This document shows, in pieces, positions 27,125 through 36,751 of a stretch of 64,000 bases of DNA. Source of the stretch: Bryobacterales bacterium. GTDB lineage: Bacteria; Acidobacteriota; Terriglobia; Bryobacterales; UBA6623. The stretch covers positions 416,647-480,646 of the forward strand of contig CBDDCT010000005.1 in the NCBI GenBank assembly GCA_965226185.1, written 5' to 3'. Within the stretch, counting starts at the first letter, position 1; each line of letters begins with the position of its first letter. Both the position numbers and the translations under genes were made by a program. The notes under the pieces are model-generated. The model was not told the origin of the DNA. It did not search any database and was given only the letters and a program-made list of their open reading frames with translations.

Positions 27125-27925
27125 ATGGAAAGCATTACGAACCAACAATTCATTGATTTTATTCCTTACGTGACCGTGCCGTTACTGGCGGCGACGGTGC
27201 TCGGCTTCGTTCTGTTCATCACGAAGCGCGCGGAGAGACGCGGCCACGTCGAGCGGCAGCAGGCCCGCGCCCTGCAAGGCCTGGTCGCGGTTTGGGCGCT
27301 GTGGGGGCTGGCCAGCGCTGGCCTATCGTTCTCGGGAGCTTACGCCTCGGATTCGTTCTACGCCATGCTGCCGGGGCTGTGGATGTTTTTCATCCCCGTC
27401 TTCATTTTTGTCGCCTTTAGCGCCGCGTCCCGTTCCATTCGTGACGGGATCGGCAAGGTACTCGCCGCGACACCGCTTCACTGGCTGGTCTACTTTCAGG
27501 CGCTACGCCTGTCGGCCCTGGGAACCGCGTTTGAAACGGCCCGAGGTACATTCCCCCCCTCGTTCGAGCTAGCAGTCGGCGTACCGGACCTGCTCTTCGG
27601 ACTGTCGGCGCTCTATGTGGGCCGGCGTGCAAGCGAGGGGTCGATTTCCAGGCGAGCCGTAGGCTGGTGGAGCTTAGCCGGCGCGCTTGTCATCGTTCCG
27701 GCCGCGCCGCTCGTCGCCCAGATGGGACTTGCCGGACCGCTCCAAGTGTTTACCGCCGAGCCTTCCGCGACAGCCCTCTTTGTCTACCCAATGGTCCTGG
27801 CGCCGACTCTCATTGTGCCGTTGTTCGTACTGTTCAACCTTCTCACCGCCCAAGCCCTGATCGGGCAGTGGTTCCCGAAGCGAAGCCAAATAGATCGCGC
27901 GCTGGCGGCGGAGGCTCGTTCGTAG
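27125..27925 (+). CDS. Polytopic membrane hypothetical protein
   Basis: About 7 hydrophobic helices, LVYFQALR, GVPDLLFGL, YPMVLAPTLIVP; GAGGAG RBS. Confidence 0.8.
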   Translation: MESITNQQFIDFIPYVTVPLLAATVLGFVLFITKRAERRGHVERQQARALQGLVAVWALWGLASAGLSFSGAYASDSFYAMLPGLWMFFIPVFIFVAFSAASRSIRDGIGKVLAATPLHWLVYFQALRLSALGTAFETARGTFPPSFELAVGVPDLLFGLSALYVGRRASEGSISRRAVGWWSLAGALVIVPAAPLVAQMGLAGPLQVFTAEPSATALFVYPMVLAPTLIVPLFVLFNLLTAQALIGQWFPKRSQIDRALAAEARS

Positions 27926-28167
27926 AGCCACGGGTGCAGCCCAAGAATCTTGCCGCGACTTCATCGGCGCCGGGTTGGAGGCGCGGGCGGCGGGAATAGA
28001 CGTCCGGAGCCGCGAGCCGCCGCAGGCAGCTCGCCCCAATACGGATCACTTACAGTAGTAGTTCCGCGGACGGTCTTTGTTGCATGGCGTTTGGTCTTGT
28101 TTCGGGCCTCGTTGAACGCCCACCGCACATCGCTCTCCGCGGAGACGAACGGGCTGGTTTGCTTCTA

Positions 28168-28263
28168 CGCCCCTTCCGGGGCTTTTCCCGTGATGGGTTT
28201 CGGACCCAGGGTTCCGCTTCGCTCCACCCTTGGGCTACTATCCTGCGCCGCTTCGCGGCTCAA
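28168..28263. repeat. Composite palindromic repeat, family C
   Basis: CGCCCCTTCCGGGGC...CCCAGGGTTCCGCTTCGCTCCACCCTTGGGCTA...GCCGCTTCGCGGCTC; inverted copy at 56200-56326. Confidence 0.85.
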
Positions 28264-28279
28264 CGGCTCTGGGCTGGAG

Positions 28280-28304
28280 CGGGCGCAGCACGCTGCGCCC
28301 CTAC
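28280..28304 (-). repeat. GTAG-type REP, family B
   Basis: CGGGCGCAGCACGCTGCGCCCCTAC. Confidence 0.85.
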
Positions 28305-28473
28305 ACTGCATTTCGCGAACATCAATAAGTGTTGAGCGGCAGGGCTTACCAGCCGTAAAACGACTGGCCTGTAAACACCAAGCCGCGTGAACGCGGCTCA
28401 AATGGCCCGTATCACCCCGCTAACAGGCACGGAAGAGACTGCCATGCGTTACGGTCTGATTGGCGCACTACAC

Positions 28474-29691
28474 TTAGGAACGGACCACGCGGGTCTTCTC
28501 CGCTGATAGCAACTCGTAGACATACCCGCGCCATTCGATTCGGCGGGTCAGGGCCGAAGCCACGAACACATAGAGCCAGGTCCAGGTTGCGATCGGGACC
28601 ATCCAGAAGTATGCCCAGCCGAAACGGTCCAGCCATTCTTCCCGTTCCGGGAACATCAAGCGGGCGACATATCCCCGCATCCCTCCCTTGCCCATCCCGG
28701 GCACAACGGTCAAAACCAGCCCTGCCAACCCCCAGGGAGCCTCCCCGAACAGGAGCATCAACAGACTCGCCAGCATCGCTCCACAGTAGAAAATATGCGC
28801 AACGAAGCCGGCCAGCCAGCGGTTGCGCCGGTAGACCCTGGTGATGATCATCTGGCGCGTCGCCCAGCGCAGGAATTCGCTTCCGCCGCAGTTCCCCGTC
28901 GTTGCTACCATCGCTCCGGGCACAAAACGGATCCCCAGTTGGGCCGCGTTCACTGCCGCCGAGAGGCGGTAGTCGTCGCTCACCGTGCCGCGCCAAAAAT
29001 CACGCACCCTGGCCGTGTCAAAAGTCTTGCGGCGGATGGCCGTCGCCCCTCCCCACGCGAAATTGCTGTCCTTGGGACTCATGTTCCCAGCGATCGTTGA
29101 GTCCCAGACACTGCGAAGCAGGGACCAAAAATCACCGCCGGAGGGGAAATACCAGCGGAAGCCCGTCGTGGCCCCGACGGACTCGTCAGCGAGCGGAGCA
29201 ACGAGTGCTCGCAGCCAGCCGGCTCTGACCTGGCCGTCGGAGTCCGCAAAGGCCAGCACCTCGCTCGCCGGCCGCGCCTGATCGAGGGCGGCGGTCAAGT
29301 TGTGGACTTTCTCACCCGTGCCCCGCGGGGGCTCGCCAGCGACGACGAAGCGGGCCCGATCCCCGAGTAGCGTCCGGGCGGCTTGAACCGCCGGATCGCC
29401 TGCATCACGCGAAACGATCAGCAGTTCGAAGTCAGGATAGTCCTGCCCGGTGAGTGAGTTGAGATTCTCGGCCAGGCCGTTGTCGAGCCCTTTCACCGGG
29501 AGTATCAGCGAAACGGCGGGCAGATACTCAACCGCCGTCTCTTCCGGGCCCTGTTCGCCGACGGCCATATCGGGATCCGGCGCGCGCAATTCCCCTTCGA
29601 CATACTCGAGATATTGCCGTCCCGACCGGACCGACAAGAGAGCAGCCGCGCCGGCAGGGACGACAAACAACCAGAAAAGCAAGCTCAGCAC
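28474..29691 (-). CDS. GT2/GT21 glycosyltransferase (ceramide glucosyltransferase/HpnI-like)
   Basis: ILPVKG, KVHNL, FADSD, AWGGA, SDDY, WATRQ, with N- and C-terminal TM segments. Confidence 0.85.
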   Translation of the reverse strand: MLSLLFWLFVVPAGAAALLSVRSGRQYLEYVEGELRAPDPDMAVGEQGPEETAVEYLPAVSLILPVKGLDNGLAENLNSLTGQDYPDFELLIVSRDAGDPAVQAARTLLGDRARFVVAGEPPRGTGEKVHNLTAALDQARPASEVLAFADSDGQVRAGWLRALVAPLADESVGATTGFRWYFPSGGDFWSLLRSVWDSTIAGNMSPKDSNFAWGGATAIRRKTFDTARVRDFWRGTVSDDYRLSAAVNAAQLGIRFVPGAMVATTGNCGGSEFLRWATRQMIITRVYRRNRWLAGFVAHIFYCGAMLASLLMLLFGEAPWGLAGLVLTVVPGMGKGGMRGYVARLMFPEREEWLDRFGWAYFWMVPIATWTWLYVFVASALTRRIEWRGYVYELLSAEKTRVVRS

Positions 29692-29830
29692 CGAGAGAGT
29701 CTATCACAGGCGATGGAGGGCAGCGATCGACGCCTTACTTCCGCGCTGGCTGCCGACCCTTCCCCGACGCGGATCAGACGCAACCAAAGAGGTCCACGGG
29801 GTTGACGGGATAGAGACGCGACTTCGAAGA

Positions 29831-29863
29831 AGCGCGGACTTCCGTCCGCGCCTCTGTCCGGCC
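29831..29863. repeat. REP-like repeat, family D
   Basis: AGCGCGGACTTCCGTCCGCGCCTCTGTCCGGCC; second copy at 49873-49905. Confidence 0.75.
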
Positions 29864-29931
29864 GTCTGAACTTTCCTGCTTACGACGATACTTGCCTCGG
29901 TGTCAGATCAGGGTTTGCGGCGCGGGAAGGG

Positions 29932-30684
29932 TCAATAGGTTGCCCGGCCGCCGCTGACGTCGTAGCACTGGCCCGTGACGAACGAGCAGTCCGGGCTCGC
30001 CAAGAAATGAACGACCGCGGCGACCTCTTCGACAGTTCCGGTCCTTCCTCGCGGGATTCGCGAGATCATGTACTCGACTTGCTCGTCGGTGAGTTGATGC
30101 AAGATCGGCGTACGGATGACGGTTGGCGTCACGGCGTTGACGCAGATGTTGTTCGTCGCCACTTCCTTGGCCATCGATTTCGACAGAGCGATGACACCTG
30201 CTTTGGACGCTGAGTAGGCGACCATGTTGGGGTTTCCCTCTTTACCCGCGAGGGAAGCGATATTGACAATGCGGCCGTAATCGCGTCCGCGCATGTGGGG
30301 TATCACGGCCCGGCAGCACAGAAAGACGCCGGTGAGGTTGACGGCGATGACTTTTGACCAGTCCTCGTCCTCTTGTTCCCAGATCGGCGCGGCGCGTCCG
30401 GCGATGCCGGCGTTGTTGACGAGGATGTCGAGCTGACCGCTTTTTTCGACGACTTCCGCGACGGCGGCCTCGACTGAGGCGCGTTCGGAAACATCCAGGG
30501 CGACGGGATAGGCCTTGGCGCCCTCCCCGCCAAGCCGCTCTGAAACTTCGCGGGCCCGGTCCATCGCCAGATCCGCGACGGCAACTTCCGCGCCGGCCTT
30601 GGCGAGGCGAACGACGATTCCTTCACCAATGCCCTGGGCGCCTCCCGTAACGAGGGCGGTTTGCCCGGTGAGATCGAAGCTCAT
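29932..30684 (-). CDS. SDR family oxidoreductase
   Basis: TGGAQGIG, NNAG, YSASK, VTGQCYDVSGG. Confidence 0.95.
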   Translation of the reverse strand: MSFDLTGQTALVTGGAQGIGEGIVVRLAKAGAEVAVADLAMDRAREVSERLGGEGAKAYPVALDVSERASVEAAVAEVVEKSGQLDILVNNAGIAGRAAPIWEQEDEDWSKVIAVNLTGVFLCCRAVIPHMRGRDYGRIVNIASLAGKEGNPNMVAYSASKAGVIALSKSMAKEVATNNICVNAVTPTVIRTPILHQLTDEQVEYMISRIPRGRTGTVEEVAAVVHFLASPDCSFVTGQCYDVSGGRATY

Positions 30685-31283
30685 TGCGATTCTTCCCTAT
30701 CGGTTGCGGCTTGCTCGCCGCTATCATCGGCAGCAGGCTCGCCGGCCGGGACCGCTTCGGCCTCAGCCGCATTGCTCGCGGAGGATGAATCTTCGACAGA
30801 CTCTTCGGCCGCTTCGGTGGCTGCCTCCTCTTCGCGGCCTTCGGCCAATACCCGAATCTTCAAAGGAATATCGATATCTCGATGCAAGTGGATCTTCACG
30901 TCGTGTTCGCCCACCATTCGGATTGGGCGGTCCACGAGAATCTTGTGCCGATCCACGGTGTAACCCATCTGCTCGAGCTCGGCGGCGATGTCGCGCGAGG
31001 TGACTGAACCGAACAACTGGTCGGCATCACCGGCGCGGGCGACAATCTTGATCGTCAGTCCCGACAGGATTTCACCCATCATTTCAGCGTCGCCCTTGAG
31101 GCGGGCCGCTTCACGGTCGGAAGCCACTTTCATCTGACCAATCTGTCCCTTGTTTGCCATCGTAGCGGGGATGGCCAGACTTTTTGGGAAGAGATAGTTG
31201 CGAGCGTAGCCCTTGGCAACCTTGACCACGTCGCCTTTCGATCCTAGTTTCAGGACCTCCCGCGTAAGAATGATTTCAACCAT
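30681..31283 (-). CDS. rplI: 50S ribosomal protein L9 with acidic C-terminal tail
   Basis: GDVVKVAKGYARNYLFP, LFGSVTSRDI; GAGGA RBS before ATG 31283. Confidence 0.97.
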   Translation of the reverse strand: MVEIILTREVLKLGSKGDVVKVAKGYARNYLFPKSLAIPATMANKGQIGQMKVASDREAARLKGDAEMMGEILSGLTIKIVARAGDADQLFGSVTSRDIAAELEQMGYTVDRHKILVDRPIRMVGEHDVKIHLHRDIDIPLKIRVLAEGREEEAATEAAEESVEDSSSASNAAEAEAVPAGEPAADDSGEQAATDREESQ

Positions 31284-31293
31284 ATGTTTTTCC

Positions 31294-31836
31294 TCACCCG
31301 TCCGGTGACTCGGCCGCCGGTTTGGTTTCGGCTGAGGCGGGCTTATCGGCCTTGGTTGCAACTGGTTTGGCCTCAACTGGCTTGGACTCAACCGCCTTGG
31401 CTTCAACCGGCTTGGCTTCAACCGGCTTGGCCTCAGCCGACTTGACTTCGACCCGGGGCGACCTCAGTGAGTCTGATGCGCCGGCGAAAGGCAGCAACGC
31501 GATATTGCGAGCACGCTTGATGGCGATTTTCAGCTTTCTCTGATGCATCGCCCCCAATCCGGTATGCCTGCGGGGCAGGATCTTGCCACGATCACCGATG
31601 AATTGCTTCAGGACGTCAACGTCCTTGTAGTTGATGTCGTCAATCTTGTTGACGGCGAAATAGTCGACCTTCTTTCTTCGGAAGAAACGACGTCCGCCGC
31701 CACCACCACCCGGCCGGCCGCGAGGCCGCTGGTCTCTTGATTCTGGCCTGCTAGCTGGTCTACTATCTGGTCTGCTAGCTGGTCTACTATCTGGTTTGCT
31801 GGCTGGTTTACTTGCCGTGCTTTGTTCTTCTGCCAT
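31294..31836 (-). CDS. rpsR: 30S ribosomal protein S18 with repetitive N- and C-terminal extensions
   Basis: [26 protein letters not shown]...[13 protein letters not shown]. Confidence 0.96.
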   Translation of the reverse strand: MAEEQSTASKPASKPDSRPASRPDSRPASRPESRDQRPRGRPGGGGGGRRFFRRKKVDYFAVNKIDDINYKDVDVLKQFIGDRGKILPRRHTGLGAMHQRKLKIAIKRARNIALLPFAGASDSLRSPRVEVKSAEAKPVEAKPVEAKAVESKPVEAKPVATKADKPASAETKPAAESPDG

Positions 31837-31870
31837 GAGTCATCCTTTTCCGTGGTAATTCGGCCTCCGG

Positions 31871-32341
31871 CTACTCGCCTTCGGCATCTGGTTTCGCCGA
31901 CGCGGCAGGTTTCGCCGACGCGGCGGGTTTCGCTGGCGCGGCGGGCGCCGCCGGGCGGGCCTTTCTCTCCGCGGAGGCTGGTTCCCGGGAGCGTTTCTTG
32001 GATGCCCGCTTCTCGCGTTTCTTGCGCATCTTCTCGAGCCGCTTCATCTCCACGTCGATGCGAACGGTCATGAACTTGATGATCGGGTCGGCGACCTTCA
32101 TGCGCCGCTCGACCTCTTTGGAAAGACCCGCGTTTTCCTCGACCGAATAATTGACAAAGACGTAATACCCCTCAAAATAGCGCTGGACCCGATAGGCCAA
32201 ACGCCGTTTCCCCCATCTGTCAACTTTGTTGATGGTCCCGCCGCCCTCGGTGATCGTCGAGGTCACCTGGTCGATCGAAGCGTCAAGTTCCTCCTCCGGC
32301 GCATCCGGTTTTACGATAAAGATGGTTTCGTAGATTCTCAT
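31871..32341 (-). CDS. rpsF: 30S ribosomal protein S6
   Basis: MRIYETIFIVKPD, WGKRRLAY, EGYY. Confidence 0.97.
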   Translation of the reverse strand: MRIYETIFIVKPDAPEEELDASIDQVTSTITEGGGTINKVDRWGKRRLAYRVQRYFEGYYVFVNYSVEENAGLSKEVERRMKVADPIIKFMTVRIDVEMKRLEKMRKKREKRASKKRSREPASAERKARPAAPAAPAKPAASAKPAASAKPDAEGE

Positions 32342-32925
32342 GTTTCCTCAGTCGATCCGGCGGCGCGACGATTATAAACCGTCATGGCCTTGGCGGCGCC
32401 GTCGGATATAAAAAGTCGGACAGCATCGGCCGCTTGTCCGAGTACGTCTTGTAGCTGCTCCAACTGAGCAGGCCGGAATGGCCGAAGCACAAATTCAGTC
32501 GAGTCGCCCGTGGGGCGCCCCGGGTGAATTCCCACCCGCAAGCGAGGGAATTCGGAGGTTCCGAGAGCCTGAATGATTGACTCAAGCCCGCGATGCCCTC
32601 CAGCCGAGCCATGCTCACGTATTCGAATACTTTCCCAAGGCAGCGCCAGCTCATCAAAGATGACGAGCAACTCCTTCGGTTCCATTTCATACTTGCCCAG
32701 CAACGACTTCACCGGGCCTCCGCTCAGGTTCATGAACGAAAGCGGCTTGGCAAGCAGCGCCGGCTTGCCACGGATTTCACCCTTCCCAACCAAACAATTA
32801 GCTTCGGGCCGGACTACCCGAATTCCTTCATCCGACGCCAAACGGTCAATGGCGAGGAATCCGAGATTGTGGGGAGTGCGTTCATATTTCGGGCCCGGAT
32901 TCCCGAGCCCCACGATTAGATGCAT
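32338..32925 (-). CDS. pth: Peptidyl-tRNA hydrolase
   Basis: LIVGLGNPG, TPHNLGF, FMNLSG, GSAGGHRG, RLRVGI. Confidence 0.97.
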   Translation of the reverse strand: MHLIVGLGNPGPKYERTPHNLGFLAIDRLASDEGIRVVRPEANCLVGKGEIRGKPALLAKPLSFMNLSGGPVKSLLGKYEMEPKELLVIFDELALPWESIRIREHGSAGGHRGLESIIQALGTSEFPRLRVGIHPGRPTGDSTEFVLRPFRPAQLEQLQDVLGQAADAVRLFISDGAAKAMTVYNRRAAGSTEET

Positions 32926-33002
32926 GACTCTTGCAGCGGTGTCATCCGCCACCGGGGCCCGAGAGCCCTAAGATCCATCACCATCGTTTCGCACTGCAGC
33001 GG

Positions 33003-33668
33003 TCACTCGCTTTCCTCGGTCTTGCCCTTCTCCGCTACTTCTGGTTCGGCTGCGGCTCCCTCTTCGCCCTCCTCGGCTGTCACATCTTCTTCTTCTTCCA
33101 CTTCAATCTTCGGCGCGATCACGTGTACCACGATCCGCTCGGGAGGAGTTACATATTCGTATATGTCAGACGCCGGCAAGTCGCGGACTCGAATTGCATC
33201 TCCGACCGCTAGAGCGGTCACGTCAATTTCAATCGACGCCGGAACCTCCAGCGGTAAGCACTCGATCTCGATCTCACGGGAAACGATGTCTTCCAGTCCG
33301 CCTTCGTCCTTGACTCCAATGGGGGTTCCCTGCGTTGCGATCGGCACCCGAAGCGTTACTTTCTTGGCTAGGTCAACGCGTTTCATGTCGACATGAAGCA
33401 GATACCCATGCAGCGGATCGACCTGCCAGTCCGCGGCCATGGCGGATGCTGTATCCATCCCATCAACCTTGATGTTCAGAATCTGGTTGTGGCCCGAAGG
33501 AGACTTGAGGATACGAGTCATCTCTTTGGTGTCCATCGAGATGGCGACCGGGTCGGCGGCCAAGCCATACAGGATCGCCGGGACCATGCCCTGCCGTCGC
33601 AGGCGCCGGGCTTCATTCTTTCCCCGGCTGTTCCGAACAGTAACTTCGAATTCAAGCTGTTGTTCCAC
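33003..33668 (-). CDS. rplY: 50S ribosomal protein L25 (Ctc-type)
   Basis: GKNEARRLRRQGMVPAILYG, LLHVD, IEIDVTALAVGDAI; GGAGG RBS. Confidence 0.97.
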   Translation of the reverse strand: MEQQLEFEVTVRNSRGKNEARRLRRQGMVPAILYGLAADPVAISMDTKEMTRILKSPSGHNQILNIKVDGMDTASAMAADWQVDPLHGYLLHVDMKRVDLAKKVTLRVPIATQGTPIGVKDEGGLEDIVSREIEIECLPLEVPASIEIDVTALAVGDAIRVRDLPASDIYEYVTPPERIVVHVIAPKIEVEEEEDVTAEEGEEGAAAEPEVAEKGKTEESE

Positions 33669-33689
33669 AGCTACCTCCTCCTACTCGCC

Positions 33690-33873
33690 CTAGCCCGCAT
33701 TTCTCACCGCCTGACGGTCGAAGCACGCGACAGGCCCGCCATTACTTCGTTGCACTTGCTCGCCGTACTCAACGTACTGTCACGTACGCCTCCGTTCGTC
33801 AAGCGGCGCGCGCCTCCTACTGACGCGCCTCTCACGCACTTCGCCTCGCCACGCGGCGAGAAAAGCGGGCTGG
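33690..33873. mobile_element. ~185-bp MITE, copy 2
   Basis: CTAG-CCCGCATTTCTC ... GAGAAAAGCGGG-CTGG; homologous to 3405-3589. Confidence 0.85.
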
Positions 33874-33939
33874 CCACTTCACTCACTCATGAAGTAACAC
33901 ACGACCGGCTTTCACATCGACCCTGGCACACGCCGGAGA

Positions 33940-34911
33940 TCACACGAAGAACCGGCTCACCGAAGTCTCTTCATAGATCGACTCGATTGCGCCGGCCAGA
34001 ATGGGGGCTACGGTCAGTTGACGAATCTTTTCACAAGCGGCAGCTCTTTCCGACAAAGGGATAGAGTCGCTGACAACCAGTTCGGTCAGGCAGGATCCCT
34101 CGATGTGATCCAGCGCGTCGCCGGACAGCACCGGGTGCGTACAGCAGGCGGAAACATCCACCGCTCCCTGATTCATCAGAGCCTCAGCCGCTTTTACTAG
34201 TGTACCTGCTGTATCCACCAGGTCGTCAACAATTAAACAGGCGCGGCCGCGGACGTCCCCAATCACGTGCATGACTTCCGCTACGTTCGCCTGATCCCGC
34301 CGCTTGTCGATGATTGCCAGCGGGGCGTCGAGCTGCTTGCCGAAAGCTCGTGCCCGCTCGACGCCCCCGGCGTCCGGGGAGACAACCGTCAAAGCAGGCC
34401 GTTTGACGGTCTTGAGATACTCCACCATCACGGGGGCAGCGAAAAGATGGTCCACTGGAATATCGAAAAATCCTTGAATCTGGCCGGCATGAAGGTCCAA
34501 GGAAAGCACCCGATCCGCCCCGGCCGTCACAATGAGGCTCGCAACGAGCTTCGCCGAGATGGGAACACGCGGCTTGTCTTTGCGGTCCTGGCGAGAGTAG
34601 CCGTAGTAGGGCAAGACTGCCGTGATTCGCTTGGCGGAAGCCCGGCGAAGCGCGTCCAGCATTAACAACAGCTCCATCAGATGACGGTCGACCGGAGTGC
34701 ATGTCGGCTGCACGACGAAGACGTCCATCCCGCGCACGTTTTCCTTGATTTGCAGGTAGATTTCTCCGTCGGAGAACGTCTTGACGGAGCAGGCGCCCAC
34801 GGGGACTTCAAGCGCTTCACAGATTTTTTCCGTCAGGGCGCGATTGGCCATGCCGGCAAATACGCGCAACCGCTCACGGCTCTTTCCTCGTGCGAGTTGC
34901 GGTAACGCCAT
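33940..34911 (-). CDS. prs: Ribose-phosphate pyrophosphokinase
   Basis: FSDGE, PYYGYSRQDRK, DLHAGQIQGFF, VSPDAGG, VDDLVDTAGT. Confidence 0.98.
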   Translation of the reverse strand: MALPQLARGKSRERLRVFAGMANRALTEKICEALEVPVGACSVKTFSDGEIYLQIKENVRGMDVFVVQPTCTPVDRHLMELLLMLDALRRASAKRITAVLPYYGYSRQDRKDKPRVPISAKLVASLIVTAGADRVLSLDLHAGQIQGFFDIPVDHLFAAPVMVEYLKTVKRPALTVVSPDAGGVERARAFGKQLDAPLAIIDKRRDQANVAEVMHVIGDVRGRACLIVDDLVDTAGTLVKAAEALMNQGAVDVSACCTHPVLSGDALDHIEGSCLTELVVSDSIPLSERAAACEKIRQLTVAPILAGAIESIYEETSVSRFFV

Positions 34912-34928
34912 CGCCTATGAAAACTCTC

Positions 34929-35843
34929 CTAGTTGCTCCAGCTTGCCTGATAAGACGATCGGTCGAGAGTCTCCGCCAGATAAACCTTGCCGCTGAACCC
35001 GCGAAGGACCTTGCAGGCCTCCCGGGCTCGCCGGCGGCTTGAGAAAAAGCCGAATACAGCAGAACCGCTACCCGACATCATGGCGACCGGCGCACCGGCC
35101 TCGATCAGCCGCTTCTTCCACTTTCTCAAGACGGGAAACTGTTGAAAAACAACGGACTCGAAGTCGTTTGCCGGCAGCTTGGCGGGGTCTAGCGCACCGC
35201 TTTCCTCAGACGAGACAATACTTGCCCGGAAACCATTTATGATATGTTGCCGCTGGGCGGCTGTCAATCGAGCCCGCGACTTCCACAGCGCCCGATAAGC
35301 CTCGGGCGTGGAGACGAAAATCCCGGGTGCAACCAGCACGAGCCAGCGGCGCGGCTGGTCGGGAAGCGGGCAGACTTCCTCGCCGCGGCCCAACCCAACG
35401 GCTGTCCCGCCTTGGAGGAAAAACGGCACGTCGCTGCCCAGTTCCGCCGCCACTTCCGCCAGCATCTTCGAATGCGGCCGAGGTTTCAACAGCCGCCGCA
35501 AGGCAAGCAATACAGCCCCGGCGTCGCTCGATCCGCCGCCCAGACCGGCGCCGGCGGGGATGCGCTTCTTCAGCTCAATCGCAACGGCGCCCGGCCAGCC
35601 GCCTGCCCGCAGCAAGCTCTCCGCCGCCCGGACGGCAAGATTATTCCTTGTCGAAAGCGAGGTATCGTCGCAGTCCAGTGCAACCGCCCCGTCGCCACCA
35701 GGATCGTAGGCAACCCTCAGTTGGTCCGCAAGGGATATCGTCTGGAAGATCGTACGAAGTTCGTGATAACCGTCCGAGCCGCGGTTGAGAACTCTCAGGC
35801 CCAGGTTGATCTTGGCTGGCGCCGGCCCCGAGAGCGTTCGCAT
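34929..35843 (-). CDS. ispE: 4-diphosphocytidyl-2-C-methyl-D-erythritol kinase
   Basis: APAKINLGL, PAGAGLGGGSSDA, GSDVPFF, MSGSGS. Confidence 0.97.
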   Translation of the reverse strand: MRTLSGPAPAKINLGLRVLNRGSDGYHELRTIFQTISLADQLRVAYDPGGDGAVALDCDDTSLSTRNNLAVRAAESLLRAGGWPGAVAIELKKRIPAGAGLGGGSSDAGAVLLALRRLLKPRPHSKMLAEVAAELGSDVPFFLQGGTAVGLGRGEEVCPLPDQPRRWLVLVAPGIFVSTPEAYRALWKSRARLTAAQRQHIINGFRASIVSSEESGALDPAKLPANDFESVVFQQFPVLRKWKKRLIEAGAPVAMMSGSGSAVFGFFSSRRRAREACKVLRGFSGKVYLAETLDRSSYQASWSN

Positions 35844-35848
35844 TAGGG

Positions 35849-36370
35849 CTAGCCGTGGTATTCCAGAAGCGAGAAAACGTCGTAGCCGGGAAGCTTGTCG
35901 CGGCCGTTGAGAAACGTCAATTCGATCACGAAGGCGAGGCCCGTGACTTGACCTCCCAACTTCTCCACTAGCTTGCAGGTGGCCGCGGCGGTCCCGCCGG
36001 TGGCTAGCAAGTCATCGACGATGAGCACGCGCTGACCGGGTTCCACCGCATCCCGGTGAACCTGGAGCGTGTCGCGGCCATATTCCAGATCGTAGGACAC
36101 CTCGACCGTGTCGGCGGGGAGTTTGCCGGGCTTGCGAACCGGTACGAACCCTGTCTTCAGGCGCGTGGCCAGCAATGGACCGAAGATGAATCCCCTGGCC
36201 TCGATGCCCACCACGACGTCCGGACGTTCTTCCGCGTAGCGCTCGGCGAAACGGTCGCTAAGCGCCTGAAGACCGGCGCTGTCTTTCAGCAGCGTCGTGA
36301 TGTCGTAGAAGAGGATGCCCGGCTTGGGGAAGTCAGGAACTTCGCGAATCAGCTTTTTGAGTTCTTCCAT
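35849..36370 (-). CDS. apt: Adenine phosphoribosyltransferase
   Basis: [36 protein letters not shown]. Confidence 0.97.
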   Translation of the reverse strand: MEELKKLIREVPDFPKPGILFYDITTLLKDSAGLQALSDRFAERYAEERPDVVVGIEARGFIFGPLLATRLKTGFVPVRKPGKLPADTVEVSYDLEYGRDTLQVHRDAVEPGQRVLIVDDLLATGGTAAATCKLVEKLGGQVTGLAFVIELTFLNGRDKLPGYDVFSLLEYHG

Positions 36371-36550
36371 GGGAAATGCGGAGCCAAATCGAATTCTACT
36401 ACGCCCCGACGTGGGGCACGCTTTCAGCGTGGGGTGGCGCCATTCCTGGCGCAACCTTTCTTGCCGGCACTGCGCCGACCCTCGCGTCAACTCAGCCGGG
36501 GTGCGGCGCGAAACCCCTGGGCGCCGTCTGAAGCGAAGTCCTAGCCCCTC

Positions 36551-36577
36551 TTAGCCTGCATGTCTCACCACCTGACG
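36551..36577. repeat. Degenerate left end of the ~185-bp MITE
   Basis: TTAGCCTGCATGTCTCACCACCTGACG versus CTAGCCCGCATTTCTCACCGCCTGACG (4 mismatches in 27). Confidence 0.6.
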
Positions 36578-36629
36578 CGGACGAGCCGCAACCAAGAACG
36601 CTGGCGGATGAGGCGCGGTGAAGCAGCTA

Positions 36630-36653
36630 ACCGCTTCCTGACGGTCGCGGCTC
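36630..36653. repeat. REP element, family E (GAGCCGCGACCGTCAGGAAGCGGT)
   Basis: ACCGCTTCCTGACGGTCGCGGCTC; a related copy lies inside lhr at 46793-46816. Confidence 0.75.
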
Positions 36654-36751
36654 CGAGTCTGGTTTCCGAATTTCCTGCCACGTTTTGACAAAGGAGCGAG
36701 AGCAGCCGGAAGTGAAGGGAGCGTAATCCGCCAATTCCGGCACTGCGGCTA

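Noticed and set aside
30681-31421. 246-aa L9 with a repetitive N-terminus
   Set aside because: The extension is the alternate frame of the S18 repeat tail; the true start is ATG 31283 with an RBS.
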